From an uncultured delta proteobacterium (GTDB lineage Bacteria > Desulfobacterota > Desulfobacteria > Desulfobacterales > UBA11574), in the NCBI GenBank assembly GCA_963752565.1, contig CAVVZC010000001.1, forward strand, positions 44,099-108,098: a stretch of 64,000 nt of DNA. The letters run 5' to 3'. A program made the position numbers and the translations under genes. Shown in pieces: positions 9,012-18,746 of the stretch. Below the pieces are notes generated by a model. That model did no database searches. It was not told the DNA's origin and was given only the letters and a program-made list of their open reading frames with translations. How positions within the stretch are numbered: the first letter of the stretch is position 1; every line of letters starts with the position of its first letter.

Positions 9012-10175
9012 TTAAAAAGGTGCAAGCAAGGCTTGTCTAAATGCCTCACGGTTGCACGATAGAGCATATTCAAGAGTCGAATTGTGAAATTGATCCCTAT
9101 CAAACCGGGATAACGACATTGCCTGGCTCATACTTTTTCTGAGTGCTTTAGTATTACCGGAGGAAAAAAGCAACCCGAGTTTATGCTCAAGTACACGCCT
9201 CCCGACAAGTCCATCATCCGATGCGATAACCATTTTACCTGCCCCCGCCGCCAAAGAAAGAACACCACTGGATCCAAAATGGTGCATATAGGGGAGCAAC
9301 ACTGCATCAGCGGCACAAAAGCATAATGCTTCTTCAACATCAGACACATAGCGATTCAAAACTTTGGCTTGTCCTAAATTTTCAAGCTTGTCAAGACCGC
9401 TACGAATGGTATTGTTTTTTGAAATTTGACCGGCGCATAAAAGAAATAATCGAGATTCATCAGAAGCTTCAAGCATAGCACGAACCACAAGGTGCAAGCC
9501 TTTTCTTTTATCACCAATCCCATAATTAAGAAAAACGAATTTATCCAAAGGAATTTTCAGTATTTTTCTTGCCTGGTCTTTTGGTTGGGAAAAATCTCCG
9601 GACCATGGGTCCGGCAAAAAATGAAAAGATTGATCCATCGATCGATCTTGAATATTTGAAAATAAATATTCGTCCATCAGATAGATATTTTTAAACCAGC
9701 GTTTTTTGAGAAGACGGGTAAAACCGATGGTTTTTATAAAATTACCTGGCGGCCAGACAGGATTCAGCAAAAATCGGGGACGAAAATAGACACCACTAAC
9801 TCGCCCTTGCAGTATTTTAGGTGGAAATATTCCTGCAGATGCTAGTCTTAAACAGTGTGAAACAATATCATCAAGATTATTAACAAAGACTTCCCGAGCT
9901 CTGCTTTCAGAAAAACAGTCGGCAAGAGCCTTTAGTTTATTTTTTTTTTGTAGCTTACCCGCTTCATTATAAATGGATAGTATTGTAATTTTCTCCATTA
10001 AGCTCGAGAGCTCATTATAGATCAGTCTCTTAGACTCCGGCCTCCAATCCACTGCCAATGTCAGCTTGAAACCGGCGGCAATAAAATCTTCTGCTATATA
10101 CCGCAACCATTTTAAATGATGGCCTTTTATTCGGGGCTCAAAAATCAGAATATGGGGCTGTTGAGATGAGATCAT
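9012..10175 (-). CDS. Glycosyltransferase (GT-B fold, GT4/GT1-like)
   Basis: 387 aa with a C-terminal AADAVLLPY..FGSSGVLSLAAGAGKMVIASDDG segment. Confidence 0.6.
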   Translation of the reverse strand: MISSQQPHILIFEPRIKGHHLKWLRYIAEDFIAAGFKLTLAVDWRPESKRLIYNELSSLMEKITILSIYNEAGKLQKKNKLKALADCFSESRAREVFVNNLDDIVSHCLRLASAGIFPPKILQGRVSGVYFRPRFLLNPVWPPGNFIKTIGFTRLLKKRWFKNIYLMDEYLFSNIQDRSMDQSFHFLPDPWSGDFSQPKDQARKILKIPLDKFVFLNYGIGDKRKGLHLVVRAMLEASDESRLFLLCAGQISKNNTIRSGLDKLENLGQAKVLNRYVSDVEEALCFCAADAVLLPYMHHFGSSGVLSLAAGAGKMVIASDDGLVGRRVLEHKLGLLFSSGNTKALRKSMSQAMSLSRFDRDQFHNSTLEYALSCNREAFRQALLAPF

Positions 10176-10439
10176 TTATATATGTTTTTATGTAACAATA
10201 TGGTTTTTTTAACAAATCAATGACAAATAGCGCTTATATTTTCAAAAATCTTAAGTGTTACTTTTTTGTTTTTTATACCTCTTCAATAGGTTCGCTTCTT
10301 CTGGGTTATAACAGAACATTTGAAATTTTTGCAAGACACATTGTAAGTTTGATTCAGCCAATAAAAATGTTTTAAATCCAACACAAAAAGCTGATCTCGC
10401 AATTAAAAAGCATGGTGAATGGAATTCATTTGTGAGTGC

Positions 10440-10466
10440 TTGACATCTGAACTCGTCATATATAAT
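10440..10466 (+). promoter_or_regulatory. Sigma70-like promoter (TTGACA-N15-TATAAT) ending 8 nt before the GT4 ATG
   Basis: TTGACA at 10440-10445 and TATAAT at 10461-10466. ATG at 10475 has no Shine-Dalgarno in taaaagaa. Confidence 0.4.
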
Positions 10467-10474
10467 TAAAAGAA

Positions 10475-11602
10475 ATGGCATCAAATCGAAAAAAGATCGC
10501 CGTGGTTGTACCGAAATATGGTCTTATTGGCGGAGGTGAGCGTTTTGTATTTGAATTAACAGAACGTCTTGCCCACATTCCCTCCTATGAAATTCATGTA
10601 TTTTCCAACAAATGGAGGAGAAAGTCTAAACGTATCACTTTCCATAGGGTTCCAATTATATCTTTTCCCAAATGGCTGACAACCATCAGTTTCGCTTATC
10701 TCGCAAACAGAAAAATAGCAAAAATGGATTTCGACTTGATTCATAGCCATGATCGAGTTTTCAAGTCCAATGTCGTTACATTGCACAGTATCCCCCACCG
10801 AACTTGGGTCAGAGAAATCAGGCAGAAAAGATGGCTAAGTCTTTATGATCGCGGGACATCCTGGACCGAAAAACATATGTATACATGTTCTAACTGTCAG
10901 ATGTTTTTGCCGGTATCCAATTTAGTCAAGATAAAGTTACTGGAAACTTTTCATTTAGATGAACGGAAAATCAGGGTCATTCATCCAGGAGTAGATGTAG
11001 TAAGGTTCCAATCTTCTCATCTATGCAATAGACAAGAAATTAGAAACGCGTTCGGCATATCTGAATCGGATCTCCTCATTTTATTTGTTGGGATGAATTT
11101 CGAAGTGAAAGGACTCGACCCACTTCTATCTGCCATAGCTCTTTTAAAATCGGAATACGATAATGATCAAGTGAAAGTGCTGGTAGTGGGCAAGGGGAAT
11201 AACAGGAAATATAATGCGCTTGCTCATAAGCTTGGAATTGGGGAGCAGTTAATTTTTTCCGGCGTTCGAAATGACATGGAGAGGATATATCAAGCCGGTG
11301 ATATCCTCGTCATGTTGTCCAAATTTGACACATTTGGAATGGTTGTCACTGAAGCAATGGCTGCCTCATTACCTGTTATTATCAGTGATAAAGTCGGTGC
11401 AAAAGATTTGGTTGTACAAGGAGAGAATGGGTTTGTCGTCAACAGAGAGGATATCGAGATGATCAGCTCTAAAATTAATTTTATGTTAAATAAAGAAAAA
11501 CGCCTTGAAATGGGAAAGAAAGCCCATCATACAGCTCTCAATAACACATGGGAACAGATGACCTTAAAAGTCTTAGATGTATATGAAACGCTTTTTATGT
11601 GA
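10475..11602 (+). CDS. Glycosyltransferase family 4
   Basis: KIAVVVPKYGLIGGGERFVFEL and FDTFGMVVTEAMAASLPVIISDKVGA (EX7E region). This is the only plus-strand gene in the LPS block. Confidence 0.75.
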   Translation: MASNRKKIAVVVPKYGLIGGGERFVFELTERLAHIPSYEIHVFSNKWRRKSKRITFHRVPIISFPKWLTTISFAYLANRKIAKMDFDLIHSHDRVFKSNVVTLHSIPHRTWVREIRQKRWLSLYDRGTSWTEKHMYTCSNCQMFLPVSNLVKIKLLETFHLDERKIRVIHPGVDVVRFQSSHLCNRQEIRNAFGISESDLLILFVGMNFEVKGLDPLLSAIALLKSEYDNDQVKVLVVGKGNNRKYNALAHKLGIGEQLIFSGVRNDMERIYQAGDILVMLSKFDTFGMVVTEAMAASLPVIISDKVGAKDLVVQGENGFVVNREDIEMISSKINFMLNKEKRLEMGKKAHHTALNNTWEQMTLKVLDVYETLFM

Positions 11603-11616
11603 TGATATTAATTACG

Positions 11617-12663
11617 CTAATTCCCTAATATCTTTTGCACTCCGTTTAAAACCTGATCCACGGAGATTTGATACATACAGTCCGTTGTTTCGCATCGTCG
11701 TTTAAAGCAGGGACTGCATTCCAATTCAGCCGTTATAATCTGGTGGCCTCTCCCGTAAGGGCCGGTCCGCCATGGAGCGGTCGGGCCGAAAAGGGCCACC
11801 ACAGGCGTTCCCATTGCAGCGGCCAAGTGCATGGGTCCGGTATCTGTGGATATCACCAACGCTGCTTTTTCAAAAAGAGCGGCCAGTTCCGTTAAGGTGG
11901 TTTTACCGGCAAAATTTATTGCCCGGCCTTTCATTGAAGACGTGATGGCCTGAATTATCGAATAATCTTTAATTCCGCCGGTAAATACAATCTTCATATC
12001 GTATTGGTCAATAAGCATATCAGCAAATTCAGCAAATTTTTTGTTCGTCCAGAGTTTTGTTTCCCACCTGGCAACGGGATTGATGGCGATAAGGGACTTC
12101 AACCCATTTATACCGTGCTGTTTCATAAATTCATCGATCTTTTTGCGATCATGATCAGACACCGGCAGTTTGTATTCGACCTCGTTGGTGGAAATGCCCA
12201 AAGCATTTAGAAGCATCATCCCCCTTGACAGTGCATGAATCTCCATATCTACTGCCGGGATACGTTCGTTTATAAAAATATAGCTGTGCTCCATATGTTC
12301 GAGACCTTTGCCGAATCCGATTTTTCTCCGACCCCTGGCAAGGGCAATTAGAATACCGCTTTTCATTAATGCCTGAAAATCGAGGATCATATCATAACGG
12401 GTATCTCGCAATGCCTTGATGAAGCCACATATTTCCTGAACTGTTTTCAAAAAGGAGACGCTTCGTAACGCTTTCAACCAGCGCTTACGCTTGGATACTA
12501 TAACGCGGTCCAGTGCTTCATGGCCTTGAACAAGAGGAGCGGCGTCCTCTTCCACCAGCCATGTGATATTTGCGTTTGGATAATAGTTCCTGACGGCATT
12601 CAAAGCGGGCAGTGTATGGATGACATCGCCAATGGCACTCAGCTTTACGATGAGGATATTCAC
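11617..12663 (-). CDS. waaC: Lipopolysaccharide heptosyltransferase I
   Basis: MNILIVKLSAIGDVIHTLPALNAVRNYYPNANITWLVEE and ISTDTGPMHLAAAMGTPVVALFGPT. Has a 4-nt overlap with waaF. Confidence 0.75.
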   Translation of the reverse strand: MNILIVKLSAIGDVIHTLPALNAVRNYYPNANITWLVEEDAAPLVQGHEALDRVIVSKRKRWLKALRSVSFLKTVQEICGFIKALRDTRYDMILDFQALMKSGILIALARGRRKIGFGKGLEHMEHSYIFINERIPAVDMEIHALSRGMMLLNALGISTNEVEYKLPVSDHDRKKIDEFMKQHGINGLKSLIAINPVARWETKLWTNKKFAEFADMLIDQYDMKIVFTGGIKDYSIIQAITSSMKGRAINFAGKTTLTELAALFEKAALVISTDTGPMHLAAAMGTPVVALFGPTAPWRTGPYGRGHQIITAELECSPCFKRRCETTDCMYQISVDQVLNGVQKILGN

Positions 12664-13700
12664 AACATTTCCTTTACAACTTTAAACACCATCTCAACAC
12701 TGATTTGATCCATGCAGTCAAGGTGTCCTTTGGGACATTCCGGTCGAAGGCATGGACTGCATTCCAAAGGAACTTGCACAATTCTGCTGTTCTGACTCAA
12801 AGGTCCTGTGGTTATAGAATTGGTGGAGCCGAACACCGCAATAAGGGGGACATCGAGGGCCGCGGCGACGTGCATGAGACCGGAATCATTGGTGATAAAA
12901 AGATCGCACCTTTCTATTAAGGCCATGGCTTCCCCCAGGCTGGTTTTACCGGAAAGATCAATGGGTCGACGCCGCATTCCTTGTAAAATCTTTTTGCCTA
13001 TTTTTCTGTCATTAGGGCCTCCAAAAATGATAATCCGGCCTCCTGTAAACACCTGTATCTTGTCGGCCAGACGTGCGTAGCGATCATGTGGCCATTGTTT
13101 GGCAGGTCCATAGGTTGCACCGGGGTTTATTCCAACTATTTTGTCATCAAGCGATAGATGCTGTTCTATCAAGATTTTTTCTGCTCGGAATCGATCCCTT
13201 TGATTCAATTTCAGATAAAGCTCCCGGTTGTCTTCCTCCATACCGATTCCACGAATAACGTTCAAATAGTAATCGGTTTGATGTTTCTTTTTGATCTCAT
13301 TCGTGCATGAAACGGCATGCGTGAGTAACAATTGTCGCACATCCGTGTCATATCCGATCCGAATCGGTATACCGGCAAGAAATGTGATGAGTGCCGCTTC
13401 AAAAGCATTCTGCAAAAGTATGGCTGCATCAAAATGATATTTTTTCAAATCCCTTGCCAAGCGAAATTTGCCAAAAATGCCTTTATGACGTCCTTCGTCG
13501 TCATAAGTTAATAGACGATCTATATGCTCGCTGTCCTTAAAAACAGGCACCACCCAAGGCTTGGCCAAAAGGCTGACGTGGGTGTTTGGAAAGCGCTTCC
13601 GAATTGCCCGAACAGCCGGTGTGGTCATGACGGCATCTCCGATCCAGTTTGTTGACCGAATGAGGAGCCGTTTGATATTTTTAAAATCTATCTGTTTCAT
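12660..13700 (-). CDS. waaF: Lipopolysaccharide heptosyltransferase II
   Basis: LLIRSTNWIGDAVMTTPAVRAIRKRFP and ITNDSGLMHVAAALDVPLIAVFGST. Confidence 0.75.
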   Translation of the reverse strand: MKQIDFKNIKRLLIRSTNWIGDAVMTTPAVRAIRKRFPNTHVSLLAKPWVVPVFKDSEHIDRLLTYDDEGRHKGIFGKFRLARDLKKYHFDAAILLQNAFEAALITFLAGIPIRIGYDTDVRQLLLTHAVSCTNEIKKKHQTDYYLNVIRGIGMEEDNRELYLKLNQRDRFRAEKILIEQHLSLDDKIVGINPGATYGPAKQWPHDRYARLADKIQVFTGGRIIIFGGPNDRKIGKKILQGMRRRPIDLSGKTSLGEAMALIERCDLFITNDSGLMHVAAALDVPLIAVFGSTNSITTGPLSQNSRIVQVPLECSPCLRPECPKGHLDCMDQISVEMVFKVVKEML

Positions 13701-13710
13701 TTTTTATTTA

Positions 13711-14190
13711 TAGAACACAGATGACACAGATTTTACAGATTTTTTAATCATTGGTAAATATTGCTCGCTTAAATTCAGGGGTTTTGCCAAAATTCAGTAA
13801 AAGTCCCACTTCTTTTTCTGTAGCTTTTAAATAGTTTATCAACTGAAGTTTATGTTCTCTCCTTAAACTCTCTGCTGATTTAAGTTCTATAATAACATTA
13901 TCGTCAACTATGATATCGGCAAAATAATCTCCGACTATTTCTTCATCATAATAAACCTTGATATTGTATTGCCGAGATATATGGAATCCCATCTTTTTTA
14001 ATTCAATAACTAAAGCATTTTCGTATACTTTTTCTAAAAAACCATATCCCAATGTATTATAAACTTTATAAAAAGCCTTGATAATCTTTTCAGTAAGTTC
14101 CGAATGTAACAGATTCATCCTTTCTTCGATCAATGATTATTCATTTTTTGATCCGTGAAAATCCGTAAGATCCGTGCAATCTGTGTTCTA
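13711..14190. mobile_element. Inverted-repeat-bounded cassette carrying the GxxExxY gene
   Basis: Perfect 12-bp IR: tagaacacagat (13711-13722) and atctgtgttcta (14179-14190). Degenerate tandem 9-mers extend inward (gacacagat, tttacagat versus gatccgtga, aaatccgta, agatccgtg). The cassette fills the whole lpxL-waaF spacer. Confidence 0.5.
13744..14133 (-). CDS. GxxExxY protein (PD-(D/E)XK nuclease-like superfamily)
   Basis: 129 aa with GYGFLEKVYENAL (GxxExxY) and ADIIVDDNVIIELK (D...ExK-like). Confidence 0.8.
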   Translation of the reverse strand: MIEERMNLLHSELTEKIIKAFYKVYNTLGYGFLEKVYENALVIELKKMGFHISRQYNIKVYYDEEIVGDYFADIIVDDNVIIELKSAESLRREHKLQLINYLKATEKEVGLLLNFGKTPEFKRAIFTND

Positions 14191-15099
14191 TCGATCAGTT
14201 TTTCTGGGCCAGGCCTGATACGGTTTTGTCTTCCAGCGCTGGTGAATCCAGAACCATTGATCCGGATAACGACGGATAAAATTTTCGATCACTCTGTTAT
14301 ATTCCTGTGTGTTAATCTCAATATCTTTCTGCTTGTCCCCTGTTTTAACGGTAAAAATTTCCGGCCCGAATTCAGCCCTAAACCCCGACTTTTCGCGAAC
14401 CATAAAGATCGGAACCACCGGTGCTCCTGTTTTAAGGGCCAAAAGCGCCAATCCTTTGTTGGTACAGGCACGATGGCCCATAAAATCGACAAAAACACCT
14501 TCATACCAGTCCACATTCTGATCCATCAATAGAACCACCATTTCCCCACGATCAAGACTTCTCAGAATTGCACGTATAGAGCGTTGTTTGGAGATGATTT
14601 TGCCACCGAAACGGCTTCTTAAATTGATAAAAAAGCGATCCAACGGCTTAAAGTCAAGCGGACGGACAACCATACTAACGGGATACTCAATCATTGCGCC
14701 AACAACCGCTAAAAATTCCCAGTTGCCGCAATGGGCGGTCAGTACCAAGACGCCCTTGCCCTTTTCGTATGCTTTTTTCATATGACGGAAGCCATCCATT
14801 TTGAAATGTTTGACGAGACGTCTTTCATCCAGTTGCAAAGACCAACCGACTTCAAAAATAACCTGTACCAGGTTGATAAATACCTGCTTTGCAAGAAATC
14901 GAATCTCATATGTACTTTTTTGGTGACCAAAAGCGTACATTAAATTATCAAGAGCTATCTTGCGATGCTTACTGTCAACAAGAAATAGGACTTTGCCCAA
15001 TAAACCAGCAATTCTTATGGCCGATTTTCGTGGAACAAGGCCTATGAATCTAAAAAACATCTCGACAGCATTGTAGAAAACGCGTTCCAGGTTGAACAT
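14188..15099 (-). CDS. Lipid A biosynthesis late acyltransferase (LpxL/HtrB family)
   Basis: 303 aa with LTAHCGNWEFL (HX4D/E acyltransferase motif), in lipid A gene context. Confidence 0.75.
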   Translation of the reverse strand: MFNLERVFYNAVEMFFRFIGLVPRKSAIRIAGLLGKVLFLVDSKHRKIALDNLMYAFGHQKSTYEIRFLAKQVFINLVQVIFEVGWSLQLDERRLVKHFKMDGFRHMKKAYEKGKGVLVLTAHCGNWEFLAVVGAMIEYPVSMVVRPLDFKPLDRFFINLRSRFGGKIISKQRSIRAILRSLDRGEMVVLLMDQNVDWYEGVFVDFMGHRACTNKGLALLALKTGAPVVPIFMVREKSGFRAEFGPEIFTVKTGDKQKDIEINTQEYNRVIENFIRRYPDQWFWIHQRWKTKPYQAWPRKTDR

Positions 15100-15122
15100 A
15101 ATCTGATTTTATCCAATTGTTA

Positions 15123-15896
15123 TCATTTGCCAAAATCGTCTTCCGTCAAGATACCCAGTTCCCATGCTTTGGCATGCTTTAAAAATACATACCAGGATGA
15201 ATTCATCGCAATAATCAATCCCGGCACACCATCAAGAATGCCAAGTTTCCAAACATAACACTCAAAAAATTTAACAAAAGCATGTCCAACACCGACAAGG
15301 ACAAATCCGCTGTTTGCAGGCGCACGTCCAATAGCATATATATCCGAGAAACTGTTTATGGTTTTCACATGATCTGAAATCCCCCGATAGACATCATGAA
15401 GAATCGGATTTTCAAGTCGAGTTACCTTTCCGTCAATCTCGAGCTTGTCGTGAGGGTCCACGCCTTTCCATACCCCTCTTCCCCGGCGAACCAAGCGCAC
15501 TTTTCGGTCCGGATACCATCCGCCATGCTTTATCCAGCGTCCGAGATACTTAGATAATCTGGGCATGGAAAAGCCGGACACATCCGGCTCGGCATTTTTT
15601 ACCGCTTTAAGGATATCCTGAATAAGCGCCTCGGAAACCATTTCATCAGCATCAAGGCTCAGAATCCACTCATATTGGGTTGATTCCATAGCAAATTGTT
15701 TTTGAGCAACATGTCCCGGCCACTCATTAAAAATAACTCTTGCACCCATTTGCCGACAGAGTTCCTGAGTTCCATCTGTACTCCCTGAATCGACAACAAC
15801 GACTTCATCCACAAAGTCGACACTCTTAAGCAAACGACCGATTCGATCCACCTCGTTTTTTGCAATGACAGCAACGGATATTGTGGGCGTATTCAT
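15123..15896 (-). CDS. Glycosyltransferase family 2 (WaaE/KdtX-like core glycosyltransferase)
   Basis: ISVAVIAKNEVDRIGRLL...VVVVDSGSTDGT and SLDADE. Confidence 0.75.
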   Translation of the reverse strand: MNTPTISVAVIAKNEVDRIGRLLKSVDFVDEVVVVDSGSTDGTQELCRQMGARVIFNEWPGHVAQKQFAMESTQYEWILSLDADEMVSEALIQDILKAVKNAEPDVSGFSMPRLSKYLGRWIKHGGWYPDRKVRLVRRGRGVWKGVDPHDKLEIDGKVTRLENPILHDVYRGISDHVKTINSFSDIYAIGRAPANSGFVLVGVGHAFVKFFECYVWKLGILDGVPGLIIAMNSSWYVFLKHAKAWELGILTEDDFGK

Positions 15897-15935
15897 GTTA
15901 TTAAACCTCTATAGTTTTCACTCACAAGTGATGAC

Positions 15936-17090
15936 TTAATCCTTTTTCCTTAATTTTTTGAGCCGATCCTTGATAAAATCATTAAACCTTTCCACATCGG
16001 CGCCGAATTCAATTTCGATACTGACAACGTAAAGATCAATGGGCCATGCAATTTTGTTAGCAATCCGGACATAATCCTTTTCGGTGGTAATGAGGCACCC
16101 TGACATGCTCCTTTTGGCAGCCGCCGATATATCTTTAAGATCCCCGTCTGAATACGAATGATGATCCGGGAATTCCATATAGCCTGACACATTGCATTTA
16201 AAGTTTTTGAGGGTCCGCCGAAAATTATGATTATCTGCCAAACCAGAAAAGGCAAAGACAGTGCGTCCTTTTATGCAATCTGAGTTTTGTCTAAATGCCT
16301 CTTTCATATTTTTCTCAAATACTTTTTTCTCTCCTTTAATGATTTTATAAACAAACGGATGATGAAAAGTACGATAGACCGGTTTTTTTCTTTCGTAGAA
16401 ACGAAGCTTCTTTAATGACAATAACATTTTATTGTCATTCACCGTATCGGACCTTGTCAATATAATCGCACTTGCACAAAATAGGGCCGAAGCAGGTTCT
16501 CTCATAACACCCCTTGGCAATAGGTGTCCATTTCCGAAGGGTTTACGATAATCGAGCAGCACAAGATCAAGGTCCCGCTGAAGCTTTAAATGCTGAAATC
16601 CATCATCGAGCACGATAACATCCGGATCAAAGTTCCGAATTGCCTGCCGGCCTGCCTTAAACCGGTTTTTCCCCACAATTACCGGCACATCTTTCAATCT
16701 GTTGGCCATCATATACGGTTCATCGCCGGCAATTTCCGGTGTCATCAGCAAAACCCTGCCGTCACTGACTATGCCGCCGATTTTTTCCGCCTCCCCTTTG
16801 TATCCACGGCTGATAATCGCCACTTTATATCCCAATTGTTTTACAACTTGGGCAACATAAATCGACATGGGTGTCTTTCCAGTGCCGCCGACGGTAATGT
16901 TCCCAATAGAAATTACGGGACAAGAGAGTCTTTTTGATTTTAAAACAGCCTTTTTGTAAAAAATACGTCTTAATTTGACAGCACCGCCATAAACTTTTGA
17001 AACCATGGATAAAAAAGGCACAAACCAACCGTATCCATTTTTATTGTCACCAGTTATAACTCTTTCGATCTTTTTTTTAATACTGATCAC
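15936..17090 (-). CDS. lpxK: Tetraacyldisaccharide 4'-kinase
   Basis: VISIGNITVGGTGKTP (P-loop), ISRGYKG and VLDDGFQH. Confidence 0.9.
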   Translation of the reverse strand: MISIKKKIERVITGDNKNGYGWFVPFLSMVSKVYGGAVKLRRIFYKKAVLKSKRLSCPVISIGNITVGGTGKTPMSIYVAQVVKQLGYKVAIISRGYKGEAEKIGGIVSDGRVLLMTPEIAGDEPYMMANRLKDVPVIVGKNRFKAGRQAIRNFDPDVIVLDDGFQHLKLQRDLDLVLLDYRKPFGNGHLLPRGVMREPASALFCASAIILTRSDTVNDNKMLLSLKKLRFYERKKPVYRTFHHPFVYKIIKGEKKVFEKNMKEAFRQNSDCIKGRTVFAFSGLADNHNFRRTLKNFKCNVSGYMEFPDHHSYSDGDLKDISAAAKRSMSGCLITTEKDYVRIANKIAWPIDLYVVSIEIEFGADVERFNDFIKDRLKKLRKKD

Positions 17091-17349
17091 GGCGCCTTTA
17101 TGGTTATTGGTTATATGTTATTCGTTATCAGTTATTGCTTTTCTGTCCGATGCCCGCTGTTGCTAACCATATGCTCGCTGACCACCAGGTCCTGACCTCT
17201 GAATATCTCACTTTCCATTCCTCTCATCCTTCTCTCTTTGCTCTATGCTCTTTTCTTTCTAACCCTCTCACTTTCTCACCTTCTTACTTTCTCACCTTCT
17301 TACTGCCTCTGACCTCCAACCCCTGACACCTGAACCCTGAACCCCGTCC
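17091..17349. repeat. Strand-asymmetric low-complexity spacer (pyrimidine-rich on plus) containing a 16-bp perfect tandem duplication
   Basis: ctttctcaccttctta occurs at 17271-17286 and 17287-17302, and cctgaac is doubled at 17326-17341. Shares the words tttctaacc, ctcactttct and ccttcttact with the 23.2-kb spacer. Confidence 0.7.
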
Positions 17350-18654
17350 TTATAGGTATGGCTTGATCACTTTTATCGTCTTTTCAACAGCCCCTTTATT
17401 GGCGGTCAAAACCCCCAGGGCGTTCTTTCCCATCTCCAAGGCTCTTTTATCATTTTTTATAAGTAAAAAAAGGGTGTTATAAAGCTCTTTTGCGTCCTTG
17501 ACACGAACGGCACCTTCAGCCTCTATAAGCATCTTTGCTATGTCAGCAAAATCGCTCATATCATGTCCAAATATAATCGGTTTTGAAAATGCTGCGGGTT
17601 CAAGAGGATTGTGTCCACCGCAATTCACCAGGCTCCCACCAATAAATGCGATATCGGCGATCGCATAAAGTTTTTTTAGAAGGCCTATGGTATCAATGAT
17701 AATAACATCCAATCTTTTGCCGGATGATATCTTTTTAAGTTCTTTCATGAGGCCGACTGAATATCCGGCAGAATCAAAAATACGAAATACTGAACCGGCG
17801 CGTTCCGGATTTCGGGGTGCCACAATAAGCAATAAATCGCCCTCATGATGTTTTATTCTTGAAAACGCATCCAACAGCATCGACTCTTCACCTGGATGCG
17901 TGCTCCCCGCCAAAAATACCTTCCGGGCATTCTGTATGTGCATGGACTGCCTTAAGCGATCTGTTTCTTGTGAACCCTGGATTTGATGTGTTACATCAAA
18001 TTTAACGTTCCCGGTTATCGTTATCCGATCGAATGGAACACCAAGTTCTTGAAAACGACCTGCATCCTCTAAGGATTGAGCACAGATATGAAAAAAATTC
18101 AAAAATACCTGCTTGGCAAATAACCCAAGACGTTTGTATCCGAAAAAAGATTTTTTAGACAGCCTTGCATTAATTAGAATAACAGGCACCTGACGTTTTT
18201 TCATCTCAAAAAGAAAATTGGGCCATATATCCGTCTCAACGATGACAACAACTGCAGGATCTATTCTCTGAACAATATGTTTTACTGAAAAGGTCAGATC
18301 ATAAGGAAAATAAAAAATAGAATGAACGGGGTCTGTTAAATACTGTTTGGCGATATCAAAGCCTGTTTTGGTAGAAGCAGAAAATACAATCTCTCGGGTA
18401 TTTGAATACATCTTCAACCCTTTAACGAGTGGGACTGAGGAAAGTACCTCTCCCACCGAAAGCGCATGTATCCATACGCGCTTTTTTTCAGACGTATCGG
18501 GTCTTTTGCGTGTTAATTCTATTGGTAACCGGGCTATCCCCAATCGTTGAAGAACAGTTCTCCGTCGCTTGTCAGATATCAAGACCATGGGAATTATCAG
18601 GGGAAATCCCAAAGTCATCACTATAAAAAACAGTATATTATATAGAAATATCAA
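17350..18654 (-). CDS. waaA: 3-deoxy-D-manno-octulosonic acid (Kdo) transferase
   Basis: WIHALSVGEV, AGSTHPGEE and FIGGSLVNCGGHNPLEP. Confidence 0.9.
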   Translation of the reverse strand: MIFLYNILFFIVMTLGFPLIIPMVLISDKRRRTVLQRLGIARLPIELTRKRPDTSEKKRVWIHALSVGEVLSSVPLVKGLKMYSNTREIVFSASTKTGFDIAKQYLTDPVHSIFYFPYDLTFSVKHIVQRIDPAVVVIVETDIWPNFLFEMKKRQVPVILINARLSKKSFFGYKRLGLFAKQVFLNFFHICAQSLEDAGRFQELGVPFDRITITGNVKFDVTHQIQGSQETDRLRQSMHIQNARKVFLAGSTHPGEESMLLDAFSRIKHHEGDLLLIVAPRNPERAGSVFRIFDSAGYSVGLMKELKKISSGKRLDVIIIDTIGLLKKLYAIADIAFIGGSLVNCGGHNPLEPAAFSKPIIFGHDMSDFADIAKMLIEAEGAVRVKDAKELYNTLFLLIKNDKRALEMGKNALGVLTANKGAVEKTIKVIKPYL

Positions 18655-18746
18655 CTACGTGTCCCTTTTCATTTTCCATTGGGCACACATGACTTATTAC
18701 CTGAATTTTGAACGAATTGGAGGCTTTCATATGCAAGATTCAGGTA

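Noticed and set aside
17091-17349. CRISPR array or CsrA-sponge reading of the reiterated spacer
   Set aside because: The repeats are contiguous short words with no unique spacers and there are no cas genes. Only 7 GGA motifs occur on the mRNA strand in 259 nt, which is not clearly above chance.
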